Made by a program: the position numbers and the translations under genes. Below, piece after piece: positions 1 through 10,097 of a DNA stretch of 64,000 bases. The stretch is taken from contig CAWCNN010000005.1 of assembly GCA_963796895.1 (NCBI GenBank), forward strand, positions 18,659 through 82,658, given 5' to 3'. Numbering within the stretch: position 1 is the stretch's first letter; each line of letters opens with the position of its first letter. Under the pieces are notes generated by a model. It searched no databases. It saw only the letters and a program-made list of their open reading frames with translations, and had not been told where the DNA came from. Origin of the DNA: an uncultured Acidobacteriaceae bacterium (lineage in GTDB: Bacteria; Acidobacteriota; Terriglobia; Terriglobales; Acidobacteriaceae).

Positions 1-717
1 TCCAGCAGCGCTGTCCGCGCCGCAATCTTCAGCATGCCCATCAGAATTCCAGCCGCCAGCCATGCCCCGCGATCTCCGCCAGATCGCCACCGCATCGCCA
101 TTCGGCAGCAGCACCACGTCGGCCGTCCCCGCCGACTTTATCGCTGGGCTCCGAGATCCCGTACACCTCGAACATCTCCGTCCTCAGCATCACCGGCGGA
201 ACCAGAGTCGTCTCGATCCCGTGCGCCGTTCCAGTCCGTTGCGAATTTTCAGCATGGCCTTTTTTGTGGTCTGGAGGAAGATCACAAAGAAGTATGTTCG
301 AAGAGGGAGCGCCACGGCCAGAGTCCCGGTCGCCGCGAAACGCATCCCGCTGGTCTCCGAAGGGATGTGCCGTGCGAAGGTCGCGCCCATCCAGCGCGAC
401 ACGAATCGCCAGCCACGGCCCATGGCAACTGCAACGCCACCAGTCCAAAGCCGTCGGCCACGGCAATTGGTTGAGGCGATGAACGGCCACGGCGGTGGCA
501 TCCAGTGCCGTCCCACCGCGATCACGATCGCCGTCGCATAAGGGATCTCGCCGAGACTTAATCGGATCGCTGAAGAATCCCACCACGCAGAACGAAAGAA
601 CACCGCCAAATACAGATCATCCAGATTGGCCTGGAGGGGCAGATGCGCGAAACGCGCGCCAGTGGTCTCCGGCCACTCATACCAACGGCTGTTCGATTCC
701 GCCATAGGCTCCAACAT
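1..717 (-). pseudogene. membrane-protein-like ORF fragments, reading frame not continuous, function unassigned; runs off window start
   Basis: Minus-strand ORFs 190..795 and 41..586, plus a third frame at 1..60 (LAAGILMGMLKIAARTALL), each carry hydrophobic Trp/Gly-rich stretches but none is continuous. The first codons of ORF 190..795 are only the reverse complement of the TGAACGC heptad array, so a start near 717 (MLEPMAES) is more plausible. Confidence 0.25.
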
Positions 718-768
718 ACCAGCCCAGTCACGCTTCCGGCTGGGGCCCCGATTCTCCCGATCGCCCAC

Positions 769-799
769 TGAACGCTGAACGCTGAACGCTGACAACTGA
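769..799 (+). repeat. heptad array: five TGA triplets at exact 7-nt spacing (TGAACGC x3, TGACAAC, TGAACGC)
   Basis: TGA at 769, 776, 783, 790 and 797, counted directly in the sequence. Confidence 0.85.
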
Positions 800-1011
800 A
801 CGCCAGTCCCCCCTTAACGCCATCCCCTCTCATCCCCCTTCCGTACCCCTCCTCGCATTACCTCCAACCATTCCCCATTCCTCCTCTCCACGGGATACAA
901 TTTCCGGTCGCCCCCCTTCGGGTCGCTCAAACCAAACGGGTTCCCGTACCCCTCCCCAGGCTCATAAACTGAAGCTGGGCGAACATCAAGATAAGGAAGC
1001 AAGAGGTCCGC

Positions 1012-3235
1012 ATGGCGCGTACTGCAGTCCCTGGCGCTGAAGTGAAAAAATCGGCCCAGCAAACCTCCCGAATGGCAACGGGAGCGGTCCCGGCCTTGCT
1101 CCGGAAAAGCTCCTCGGTCTACCGCCTCATGCTCCTCTCGCGCCGCACCGACGACCGCGAGATCGTCCTCAAGAGTCAGCAGAAAGTCTTCTTCCAGATC
1201 TCCGGCGCCGGCCACGAGGCCCTGCTCGTCGCCGCCGGCCTCGCCCTCCGCCCCGGCTACGACTGGTTCTTCCCCTACTATCGCGACCGCGCCCTCTCCC
1301 TCACTCTCGGCACCACCGTTGAGGAGCAGCTGCTCCAGGCCGTCGGCGCCGCGGCCGATCCCGCCAGCGGCGGACGCCAGATGCCCTCGCACTGGTCCGA
1401 CCCCAAGCTCCACATCGTCACGCCGTCTTCCTCGACCGCCACCCAGTGCCTGCAGGCCGTCGGCTGCGCCGAGGCCGCCCTCTACCTCACGCAGCATCCC
1501 GAGGCCGCCAAGCCCGGCGATCCCGAACACGCCGACTACCGCCACTACCACACCGTCGACTTCCACGGCGACGAGGTCGTCTACGTCTCCATCGGCGAAG
1601 GCGCCACCAGCCAGGGCGAGTTCTGGGAGTCGCTCAACATCGCCACCAACCGCAAGCTGCCCGTGGTCTACGTCGTCGAAGACAACGGCTACGCCATCTC
1701 GGTGCCCGTCGAGGTCAACACCCCCGGCGGCAACATCTCGCGCCTGCTCGCCAACTTCCCCAACTTCCATTTCGAAGAAGTCGACGGCACCGACCCCATA
1801 GCCTGCACGCACGCCTTCGCGCCGCCGTCGCCCACTGCCGCGCCCGCAAGGGCCCTGCCCTGGTCCACGGCCACGTCACCCGCCCCTACGCCCACTCCTA
1901 TTCCGACGACGCCCGCCTCTATCGCCCCGAGTCCGAAAGCCACGCCGAAACCCTGCGCGACCCCATCCCGAATTCCGCGCCTGGCTGCTGCACGAAAGAA
2001 TCGCTCGACCCCGAAGCCCTCGACCACATCGAGAAGCAGGTCGGACGACGAGGTCCGCCCGCCGCCGAACGCGCTCTGCCGCGCCGCTCCCCTCCACCGA
2101 GACCGCCGCCATCCTGCGCCACCGCTATTCTGAAGACTACGACCCCACCCGCCCCGAGCTCAAACCACCGAGCCGCCCACGAAGGCGCCCGCCCGCACCA
2201 TGGCCGACCTCATCAACGCCTGCCTCCACGACGAAATGCGCCGCGACCCGCGCATCGTCGTCTTCGGCGAAGATGTCGCCGACTGCTCCCGCGAGGAATA
2301 CCTCGCCAACAAGCAGGTCAAAGGCAAAGGGGGAGTCTTCAAGCTCACCGCCGGCCTGCAGTGCGAATTCGGCTCCGGCCGCGTCTTCAACTCCGCGCTC
2401 GCCGAAGCCGCCATCGTCGGCCGCGCCATCGGGATGGCCGTCCGCGGCCTCAAGCCCGTCGCCGAAATTCAGTTCTTCGATTACATCTGGCCCGCCATGC
2501 ATCAGCTCCGCAACGAGCTCAGCGTCCTCCGCTGGCGCTCCAACGGAACTGGGCCGCCCCCGCCGTCATCCGCGTGCCCATCGGCGGCTATCTCACCGGC
2601 GGCTCCATCTATCACTCGCAATCCGGCGAGAGCATCTTCACCCACACCCCCGGCGTGCGCGTCGTCTTGCCGTCGAACGCGCTCGACGCCAACGGCCTGC
2701 TGCGCACCGCCATCCGCTGCGACGACCCCGTGCTCTTCTTCGAGCACAAGCGCCTCTATCGCGAAACCTACGGCCGCGCCCCCTATCCCGGCCCCGACTA
2801 CACCATCCCCTTCGGCAAGGCAAGATCGTCCGCGCGGGCAAGCACCTGACGGTCATCACCTATGGAGCGATCGTCCCCGCGCTCTCCAGGCCGCGCAGCG
2901 CGCCGCAGCGCGAACTCGGTATCGAAACCGAGATCCTCGACCTGCGCACCTCAGCCCCTACGACTGGGAGGCCATCGCGACCTCGGTCACCAAGACCAGC
3001 AAAGTCATCGTCGCCCACGAAGACATGCTCAGCTGGGGCTACGGCGCCGAGATCGCCGCCCGCATCGGCGAAGAGCTCTTCGACTCCCTCGACGCCCCCG
3101 TCCGCCGCATCGCCGCCATGGACACCTTCGTCGCCTACCAAGCCGATCCTGGAAGACGCCATCCTCCCCCAACCCGAAAAGATCTTCCAAGCCATCGCCG
3201 CCCTCGCGAAGTACTGCCCGCCGTGCTCGCGCTAG
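1012..3235 (+). pseudogene. fused TPP-dependent 2-oxoacid dehydrogenase E1 component (alpha + beta modules), heavily frame-disrupted
   Basis: The alpha module in one frame from 1012 to about 1818 carries [22 protein letters not shown] and [12 protein letters not shown]. The continuation [21 protein letters not shown], then [33 protein letters not shown] and [21 protein letters not shown], each sit in a different frame. The beta module runs [28 protein letters not shown] (2200) ... [20 protein letters not shown] ... [15 protein letters not shown] ... LSPYDWEAIATSVTKTSKVIVAHEDMLSWGYGAEIAARI ... PILEDAILPQPEKIFQAIAALAKY and is again split over three frames. No stop separates the alpha and beta modules once frames are followed. 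Confidence 0.85.
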
Positions 3236-3274
3236 AAGGAAGTGAGACCCTGCCGGAGCTACGTAATTCCGACC

Positions 3275-4118
3275 TGCCAGAGACCTTCGCCCCCAACCCA
3301 AATGTCATTCGCAGCCAACACGAAATGTCATCCTGAGCGGAGAGGCGCCGCCGATACACCTGCCTGGAAAAAGGATCACCTCCGGCGCGGAGTCGAAGGA
3401 CCCCCGATGACGACACGAGCCCCACGCACGACAAACACTCTCAGCGCGGAGGTGGACTCGGTGGCGGGCAGCCGCCGATAAAAATCTCAAGCCTCTCCCT
3501 CGGCGACCTCGACTGCCACCGCACGTTCATCCCTCCGAGGAAGGAGCGCTCGACAAGGCTGACACTCGAAAAGGCTCACACTTGAAAAAATGGTCCCCGG
3601 CCATCCAGACCTTCGCAGCCAACACGAAATGTCATCCTGAGCGGAGCGCCGCCGATGCACCTGCCTGAGAAAAGGATCACCTCCGGCGCGGGGAGTCGAA
3701 GGACCCCCGTAGCGACACGGGCCCCCGCACGACAAACACTCTCAGCGCGGAGGGGACTCAGGTGGCGCAGCCGCCGACAAAAATCTCCAGCCTCTCCCTC
3801 GGCGACCTTCGACTGCCACCGCACGTTCATCCGTCCGAGGCTCGACACTCAAAAAATAAGTAACGCCGGCCATCCAGACCTTCGCTGCCAACACGAAATG
3901 TCATCCTGAGCGGAGCGCCGCCGATACACCTGCCTGAGAAAAGGATCACCTCCGGCGCGGAGTCGAAGGACCCCCGTAGCGACACGAGCCCCACGCCAGA
4001 CCAAACCTCTCTCAGCGCGGAGGGACTCGGTGGCGCAGCCACCGCCGATAAAAATCTCCAGCCTCTCCCTCGGCAACCTCGACTGCCACTGCCAGGCTGA
4101 CACTCGAAAAATTAAGCG
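3275..4118. repeat. three tandem copies of a roughly 270-300 bp non-coding unit
   Basis: The anchor CGC(A/T)GCCAACACGAAATGTCATCCTGAGCGG starts at 3310, 3614 and 3883. Each copy continues ...GCGCCGCCGAT(A/G)CACCTGCCTG(G/A)(G/A)AAAAGGATCACCTCCGGCGCGG(G)GAGTCGAAGGACCCCC ... CTCAGCGCGGAGG ... CCTCTCCCTCGGC(G/A)ACC(T)TCGACTGCCAC. Confidence 0.88.
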
Positions 4119-4269
4119 AAGTCACATTGGTATGCGGGGTCGACCACTGGACTCCTTTCCCTGGCGGAGAACCGCGAGCCGTTTGATGCCAGGCAACTAC
4201 GATTCCCGCCATCGAACCGGCCTTAAGTAAATTTCAGTCAAAGGGTACAGACTTCCCCAGCCTGGGCGA

Positions 4270-5050
4270 TCTGACTCAACTTTGAAGGGGCACGGCACCT
4301 CATGCGAAAAAAACTAAACAGACCACACACACCAAAACGCATCCAGAGCGGCAGCAGGTTCACCCCATAGCAAGAAGCTAAAGCCCCTCCCGAACGATCC
4401 TCAACCTGAATCCAGGATCCCCTCACTCTAAAGTACTGCCTCTATCCGTCCCGGGATGAGTGCTCCACCACATCGACCCGGACAGACCAAAACCGATCCC
4501 CTTCGTTTCCGGTACGACTTCACAGCGTGCTTAAAAGTCGTCGGCTTTGAAGGGGCGCGGCGTTCAGCCGTGTCGTAAAATCCCTCTGAATTCGTCGCGT
4601 TTCTGCCCCCGCGGCTCTTCGACGCAAGGGTTGACTCGTGCCAGGCGGGATTCCTCGATCGAATGAGGCTGAATGAGGAAACTGCTCCGAAATCAGAAGA
4701 ACGGCTGTGTTCTCTGCCCCGGGGCTTGGGTCTGAAGCGGTACGACACCATTCCCACCCTAACCTCCCCCAGTGGAATGTGAAGGGATACGACTTTCACA
4801 CCCTGCGGAAAAACTGCTCGGCTTTGACGGGCACGACTTTCCCATCTTGAGGAAAAAGCAAAGGCCCGAGCGCTGGATCGACCAGGTTCACCCCACAGCA
4901 AGTAGCGAAAGCTCCCAGCGCTCGAAAATCAACAAAACTCGATTCCGCAACCATCTCGAAAGTACTGTCCCTGACTGTTTTGCGAAAACACCCAGCTCGA
5001 CCTCTGCTCCCACTTTTTCCGCAAGCTGTTCAGCCGTGCCGAAATTCATC
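4270..5050. repeat. cluster of degenerate REP/MITE-like hairpin elements in a gene-free tract
   Basis: Decayed copies of the TGAAGGGGCACG(G/A)CTTCAG(C/T)CGTGCCG hairpin family occur near 4283, 4547, 4779, 4826 and 5030. The 25-nt core CAGGTTCACCCCA(C/T)AGCAAG(A/T)AGC occurs at 4355 and 4883. There is no ORF with a recognisable product. Confidence 0.5.
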
Positions 5051-5263
5051 GCGCCGAAGGCGCTGCCTTGCTGCCGCAGGCCGTCCCTGGGGTCTCCCGT
5101 CGCGCGCTTCCCAGCGCAATGGGGACCCAAAATACGTCGGCGGAGTTCGCCAGAACTCCGCCCTCCTTATCGCTCCCCCGAGCTTGGCCGAACGCGCTCC
5201 CGAGCGCACCTCAAAGCAGAAACGCGCGAGAGCCATCGGCCCCCGCGCGTTTCGTCTTCTGTG

Positions 5264-5284
5264 CCCTGAGCCCTGTACCCTGTC
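5264..5284. repeat. heptad array CCCTGAG CCCTGTA CCCTGTC abutting a stop codon
   Basis: Three exact 7-nt phased units lie immediately before the TTA (stop of the minus-strand gene) at 5285..5287. Confidence 0.65.
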
Positions 5285-6995
5285 TTACCACCCAAAGTTC
5301 AGATTCACATCTGGCAGCACGCCGGTCCCGTCCCACTTCACGCCATCCAGCTTTCGCGGATCCAGCCCCAGCGCCTTCAGAATCGTCGGCGCCACCTGCA
5401 GCGTTCCCACCTCCGCATACACCGTGTGCGCCCTGAATGCCGGATTCGACAGCAGCAGCATCACGTTCGTATCGTCATGCGAAAACCCGCCGTGCTCCTC
5501 CAGCTTCTTGTTGCTCCCCGTGTACGTCACCCCCACGTTCGGCGTCACGATGATGTCCGGCGTCCGCGGGTCGCCATTCGGCGGCAGTCCCGGAACGTCG
5601 TAGTTCAGCGCCAGGCTCGGCCCGTAGAAGATCTGCCCGATCCCTGCCGCTGCCTTGTTGGCCTCCAGAGTCGCCACCGCTGTCGACAGTGTCTTCGGAT
5701 CCGACAGCCACAGCAGCGAGACATCGTCCTCCGTCGGCCCCACGCCGTTGATCTGATTCGCGGGCAACAGGCTCGACAGAAGATCCGACGGCGCCTTCCC
5801 GTTCATCGTCTTCCCCGGAATCGGGAAATACAGATTCGGATCGATCGGCGACTGCCCGTGCTTTGCCGTGATCATGATCAGCGTGGACTCATACTTGCCC
5901 GTGATCCTTCAGCTCATCCACGAAACTCCCGATCGCATCGTCGACAAACTGGATCTCGCTCAGCAGCGATGGCCCCGGCGTTCCCGCCGCATCCAGATAG
6001 CCGCCCTTCGTCGACCCCTCAATCAGCTTCTGCCCTACGCTCACCGCCTGGAAGTTCATCCCGAACACGGTCGGCGTCCGCGTCTTCTTCGTGCCCAGGT
6101 GATCCATCCCGTCGATCTCGTGCAGGATCGCGTTCACCTTCAGCTGGTCGTAGCACTGGATATTCTGAAAGCTGTTCGTCCACGCCGTCAGATCCGATCC
6201 GGGATCCGGAACCGTCGCACAGGAAATCCCCGACACCGTCGTCAATCCTGGCAGAGGCACCACGTTCGAGTTGATCTCCGGCGAGTAATAATCGTCCAGC
6301 GTGCCATGCTGTCCTGCCACTGAGGAGTACGACGGATGCTTGTCCGACCACGCCGCATAGCCGCCCGCATCGTGCACCACTCCGAAGATCGTGTTCGTCC
6401 GCACAAATTGCCACGGATACACCGGCGCACACCCCTTCGCCGGATCGCGATCCATCTTCTTCGGATCCAGTGACGCAATCCCGCCATCGATCAGGCTCGC
6501 CCCCGGTGCTCCGCCGTTCAGTTGGGTCTGATCGAGGTCCAGACCCTCTTCATATTCTGCTTCGTAGCCGGTCGGCGCGGCTCCCGGCGTGCACATGCCC
6601 GCGGGGCTTCCGTTGCCCGTCGCGATCATCGGCCCATCCAGCGACCGGTCGTAGGAAACGTCGTAATAGACGCCCAGCGTCCGCGGCGTCGCCCCGCTCA
6701 CCAGCGTCATCAGCCCCGGAAACGAATCCGAAGGTTTCGACGTGCTGGCGTTCACGTAGTTCACGCCCGTCGTCCCCAGCGCCGCAAGATTCGGACAGTA
6801 GGGCGCGCCGTTGTTCACGCCGGCAACGCCGCCCGTGCAGTTCAGAAAATCAACGGCATGCATGCCGTCGATGCTGATCAATAAAACATGGCGGATCTGG
6901 CTTCGATCCCAGTCGTGGTCTCTGTCCTGTGCGATTACGCTCGTCGACAGCAGCAGAGCGGCAGCCGAAAAAACGGTGGGTAACAATTTGCGCAT
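5285..6995 (-). pseudogene. alkaline phosphatase / nucleotide pyrophosphatase-phosphodiesterase family protein, secreted, one frame break
   Basis: Signal-like N-terminus MRKLLPTVFSAAALLLSTSVIAQ and the metal-site motif HVLLISIDGMHAVD. ORF 5889..7025 ends DELKDHGQV*, while the +1 reading gives GKYESTLIMITAKHGQSP, which joins ORF 5285..5875. The break is at the CCC run 5898..5900. Confidence 0.8.
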
Positions 6996-7142
6996 TGCAG
7001 CCTCCATGCCTGTGGAGGCTAGCAACGCCGACTACGCCTATGGGCTGCGCGCCCAATAATTTCAGATGAATAATCTTCCTCGGCCCGTTAATTTCTGACC
7101 CGGCCGTCATCCAGTTGCAAGCGTCAGCTCCACCCGAGCGTT

Positions 7143-7184
7143 CCTTCTCCCTTCTCCCTTCCTCCTTCTTCCTGCTCCCTGCCT
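7143..7184. repeat. polypyrimidine heptad array CCTTCTC CCTTCTC CCTTCCT CCTTCTT CCTGCTC CCTGCCT (AGG-N4 on the minus strand)
   Basis: Six 7-nt phased units lie directly downstream (minus sense) of the stop of the phospholipase C-like gene at 7185. Confidence 0.7.
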
Positions 7185-8726
7185 TCAAGGCAAATGATCC
7201 GCGTAGCAGGCCCCATTGGTCGCCTGTGCCGGCGGCGCCGGCGGCGTCATCCATGGCGGCGCACTGAAGTTGAAGAACTCCGTCATATCCGGCTGCGCCG
7301 CATCCCTCTTCGTCAGCGCCGGAACCTTGAAACGCGTCTCAATCAGCTTCAGAATCGCCGTCGAATCCGCCACTGTGTGCGATACATAGTTCTTCTTCGC
7401 ATACGGTGAAACCACAATCAGCGGGACCCGATATCCCGTGTACGTGAAATCGCAGGTTGGACCCGTTGTCGTCGTGCAGATATCCCCGGGCACCAGATCC
7501 ACCGGCTTGATCCCGTCCGGACTCACCGCCGGCTGCGGCGATACATGGTCGTAAAACCCGCCCGGCTCGTCGTAAGTCAGAATGAAAGCCGAATCCTTCC
7601 ACGAAGAGCTCTGCATCAGCCCATTGATCAGCGTCTCCACCCAGGCCGCGCCACTCTGGATGTTGCTCAGTGCCGCATCATTGTTCGTGGGATGCTCATC
7701 CAGTCCCGCATCGGACGGAGGCTCGATCTGCGCTACCTGCGGCAGCGTCCCGTTCGCCAGGTCGGTGAAGTACTGCGAGATCGGCGCAATGTTGTTCGGA
7801 TACTGCGTAACAATCGTGTTCGCAAACGTGAAGTTCTGCACGTAGCTCAACTGGATCAGGCACGAAGCCTGATACGGTGGCCCGGAACACCCGCTGTTCG
7901 TCGGGTCCACGTAAATCTTCCAGCTGATTCCCGCGTTCTGCAGTTCCTGGAAAATCGTCGGAACCGTCAGCTTGGCCGTGTCCTGCGCGTTGCTCCCCTC
8001 CGGATAGACGTACCCTCCCGATGTCGCGGCGATCAGAAACTCGCGATTCGGATGGGTCCGCGTCAGTACCGGCGCAAACCAACGATCCGACGTCCCGAAG
8101 TTCGACGCCATGTAGTAGTAGTAGTTCAGGTCGTCGCCGTTGTAGTACCCCATCGCGCGCAACCCGTCCGTATCCGTGAAGGGCGGCGACATCGTGCGCG
8201 CATCGTGCGCCGCTGTGTAAACGAACCCGTTCAGTTGCGCCGCGCTCTGTCCTGTTGGATCGCTGTAGTCCCAGTCCACGTGCGATTCGTTCCACGACGG
8301 GCTCGGATTCTCCGCGCACTGCGTGACCAGGTGAAACGACGTCACCGGGTTGTTCGAATCGACGACACAATCGGCCGGCGCCGGTTGGCTTGGATCGCAT
8401 CCGGGAACCGAAGGTGCGGGTCCCGCATTGGGTGCCGCCCCCGACGTCGGATTGAATTGCGGCAGCCCGTCGAAGGACTGATCCGGATATCCGTTCTGCG
8501 CCCAGTACTGCCGCAGCGCCCCAAAATAGTGATCGAACGACCGGTTCTCCTGCGCCAGAAAAACAATGTGATTGATCGACGACAATCCCGCCGTCGATCC
8601 GCCGCCACCGTTTCCACCGCCCGACCCTCCCGAGGATCCGCTACCGTTCGTCGCGCCGCAACCGCAAAGACCAAACGTCATTACCGCAAGGGACAAAACG
8701 CAACACAACCTCACCCGAAGCATCAT
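7185..8726 (-). CDS. phosphoesterase family protein (non-haemolytic phospholipase C / acid phosphatase AcpA-like), probable lipoprotein
   Basis: N-terminus MMLRVRLCCVLSLAVMTFGLCGCG (lipobox-like) followed by a Gly/Ser linker, and the family motif FLAQENRSFDHYFG. The ORF is 521 aa and unbroken. Confidence 0.85.
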   Translation of the reverse strand: MMLRVRLCCVLSLAVMTFGLCGCGATNGSGSSGGSGGGNGGGGSTAGLSSINHIVFLAQENRSFDHYFGALRQYWAQNGYPDQSFDGLPQFNPTSGAAPNAGPAPSVPGCDPSQPAPADCVVDSNNPVTSFHLVTQCAENPSPSWNESHVDWDYSDPTGQSAAQLNGFVYTAAHDARTMSPPFTDTDGLRAMGYYNGDDLNYYYYMASNFGTSDRWFAPVLTRTHPNREFLIAATSGGYVYPEGSNAQDTAKLTVPTIFQELQNAGISWKIYVDPTNSGCSGPPYQASCLIQLSYVQNFTFANTIVTQYPNNIAPISQYFTDLANGTLPQVAQIEPPSDAGLDEHPTNNDAALSNIQSGAAWVETLINGLMQSSSWKDSAFILTYDEPGGFYDHVSPQPAVSPDGIKPVDLVPGDICTTTTGPTCDFTYTGYRVPLIVVSPYAKKNYVSHTVADSTAILKLIETRFKVPALTKRDAAQPDMTEFFNFSAPPWMTPPAPPAQATNGACYADHLP

Positions 8727-9032
8727 GTGGATGGTTACTCCGTGCTCCACTCGAATTCAGCCCGGTTGGATGCACACATCTCCCCTGACGTTTTCTTCTC
8801 GGTTATCCCTCGCAGTGAAATCTGGCCGATCGCGGTCCAATTCGCCACTCGCCTCCTTCATCCGGCATAATGGCACCGCACCCATAACCTCCGGCCTGTC
8901 AACCACTCGCACGTTTCCCAGCTGACAGCCTCTCTCCGTCCTGAGCGATCCTTTCCCCGAGGATCATTGGTGCGGATCACGTGCCCGGGTGCGCTTTGCA
9001 AAATTTCTTACGAAGATCGCAGGGAGATTCTC

Positions 9033-10045
<1,013 letters not shown>

Positions 10046-10097
10046 CCGCCGCACGAACCGAAACTCCGAACGCCCACCCTGACGCGCACCTGCGGTT

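Noticed and set aside
814-1812. Long antisense or off-frame ORFs opposite real genes (e.g. 814..1812-, 13833..14924-, 19416..20483-, 25917..27002-, 32162..34045+, 37488..38903+, 51940..53484+, 57142..58527+, 59119..60951+)
   Set aside because: These are typical high-G+C shadow ORFs. Their translations are Arg/Gly/Ala/Pro-rich low-complexity sequence with no family motifs, and each fully overlaps a gene with strong motif support on the other strand or in another frame.
1012-3235. Programmed ribosomal frameshifting or transcriptional slippage as the explanation for the E1 frame changes
   Set aside because: About 13 switches in both directions within 2.2 kb, with no common slippery heptamer or downstream structure, is incompatible with any known programmed mechanism.
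3373-3383. The GGATCACCTCC 11-mer as a fragment of a 16S rRNA gene
   Set aside because: The identity does not extend beyond 11 nt on either side, and no other rRNA-like sequence is nearby.
3135-4103. Minus-strand ORFs across the tandem repeats (3135..3434, 3487..3735, 3849..4103) sharing the peptide RRRSAQDDISCW
   Set aside because: The shared peptide merely reflects the conserved GTCATCCTGAGCGG nucleotide module. ORF lengths, starts and downstream frames differ between the three copies. The nearest Shine-Dalgarno-like sequence (GGAGGTGATCC) is 19 nt from the only candidate GTG.
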